Part shown: positions 63,656 through 64,000 of the stretch, piece by piece
Position numbering within the stretch: position 1 is the stretch's first letter
How the letters are laid out: each line of letters opens with the position of its first letter
Virus record (IMG/VR): IMGVR_UViG_3300045044_000056
Coordinates: 11,262 to 75,261 of that record
Length of the DNA stretch: 64,000 nucleotides
Strand: one strand, 5' to 3'
DNA from: a virus
Notes under the pieces: generated by a model
Told to the model about the DNA's origin: nothing
The model's input: only the letters and a program-made list of their open reading frames with translations
The model's database searches: none
Translations under genes and position numbers: made by a program

Positions 63656-64000
63656 TTATTTGATCGGCTGGCGCGCTTCCTCTGCCGCGGCTGCATTGGC
63701 CGGCGGCAGCGGCGCGATGTCCTCGATCACAACCGGATGCAGCGGACAGGTGAACAGCTCACCGCGGTCATTGTATTTGATGCGCCCGGGCCGGCGTTGC
63801 TCCCGGAACCAGGCGATGTCCTCGTCCAGCATCGGAAACTCGCGCTTCTCGCCAGCATGCAAGGTCTGTTGCATGCCGTCCTTGTCGGGCACGAGATGTG
63901 TTTGTACCGGATGCGTGTTGTGCACGGTGACGGTTGACCATTTCTTCTGTTGCCGTTGTGCGAGGATTTCGCCCCAAGAAATGGTGACTTTATCATTCAT
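63656..64000 (-). CDS. Hypothetical protein (start at window edge, may extend)
   Basis: ORF track 114 aa. Confidence 0.55.
   Translation of the reverse strand: MNDKVTISWGEILAQRQQKKWSTVTVHNTHPVQTHLVPDKDGMQQTLHAGEKREFPMLDEDIAWFREQRRPGRIKYNDRGELFTCPLHPVVIEDIAPLPPANAAAAEEARQPIK

Larger units (their letters stand above)
1..64000. mobile_element. Temperate phage with P2-like contractile tail, apparently in non-integrated form
   Basis: Contiguous phage modules throughout; no host housekeeping genes; internal attP-like site. Confidence 0.9.

Overview
The whole window reads as about 64 kb of a temperate phage with a P2-like contractile tail. The host is probably alphaproteobacterial, inferred from the gene families. 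From left to right it holds: the start of a minus-strand late region (RTX-like ORF, dead phosphatase, resolvase, probable terS); a replication and early block (AAA ATPase, DnaA-C protein, VRR-NUC, MT-A70); a cro/cI switch; YqaJ-RecT; xis/int with an apparently intact attP; a cassette of secreted morons; a minus-strand accessory operon; lysis genes; fibre and modification genes; and the tail, baseplate and neck genes. The outstanding feature is a TIGR-Tas-like RNA-guided system. A 285-aa Nop/IS110-C-terminal-domain protein with no nuclease domain (TasA-like, 23607-24464) is followed directly by a 36-nt-period dual-repeat array (GAGCGAGCCA-N8-GAGAGCACCA-N8). Two orphan arrays with the same repeats lie about 18-22 kb away (808-1901, about 30 units; 5363-5592, about 6 units), and the three arrays share individual half-spacers. 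Other notable items: a 75-aa ubiquitin-like protein ending LRGG tightly coupled to a possible E2-like partner; a GC-skew switch around a CCCCCAGT iteron cluster; a promoter/operator element shared by two distant loci; and an FkbM-GT9 fusion in the fibre region. All family calls come from motif recognition by eye; no database searches were run.
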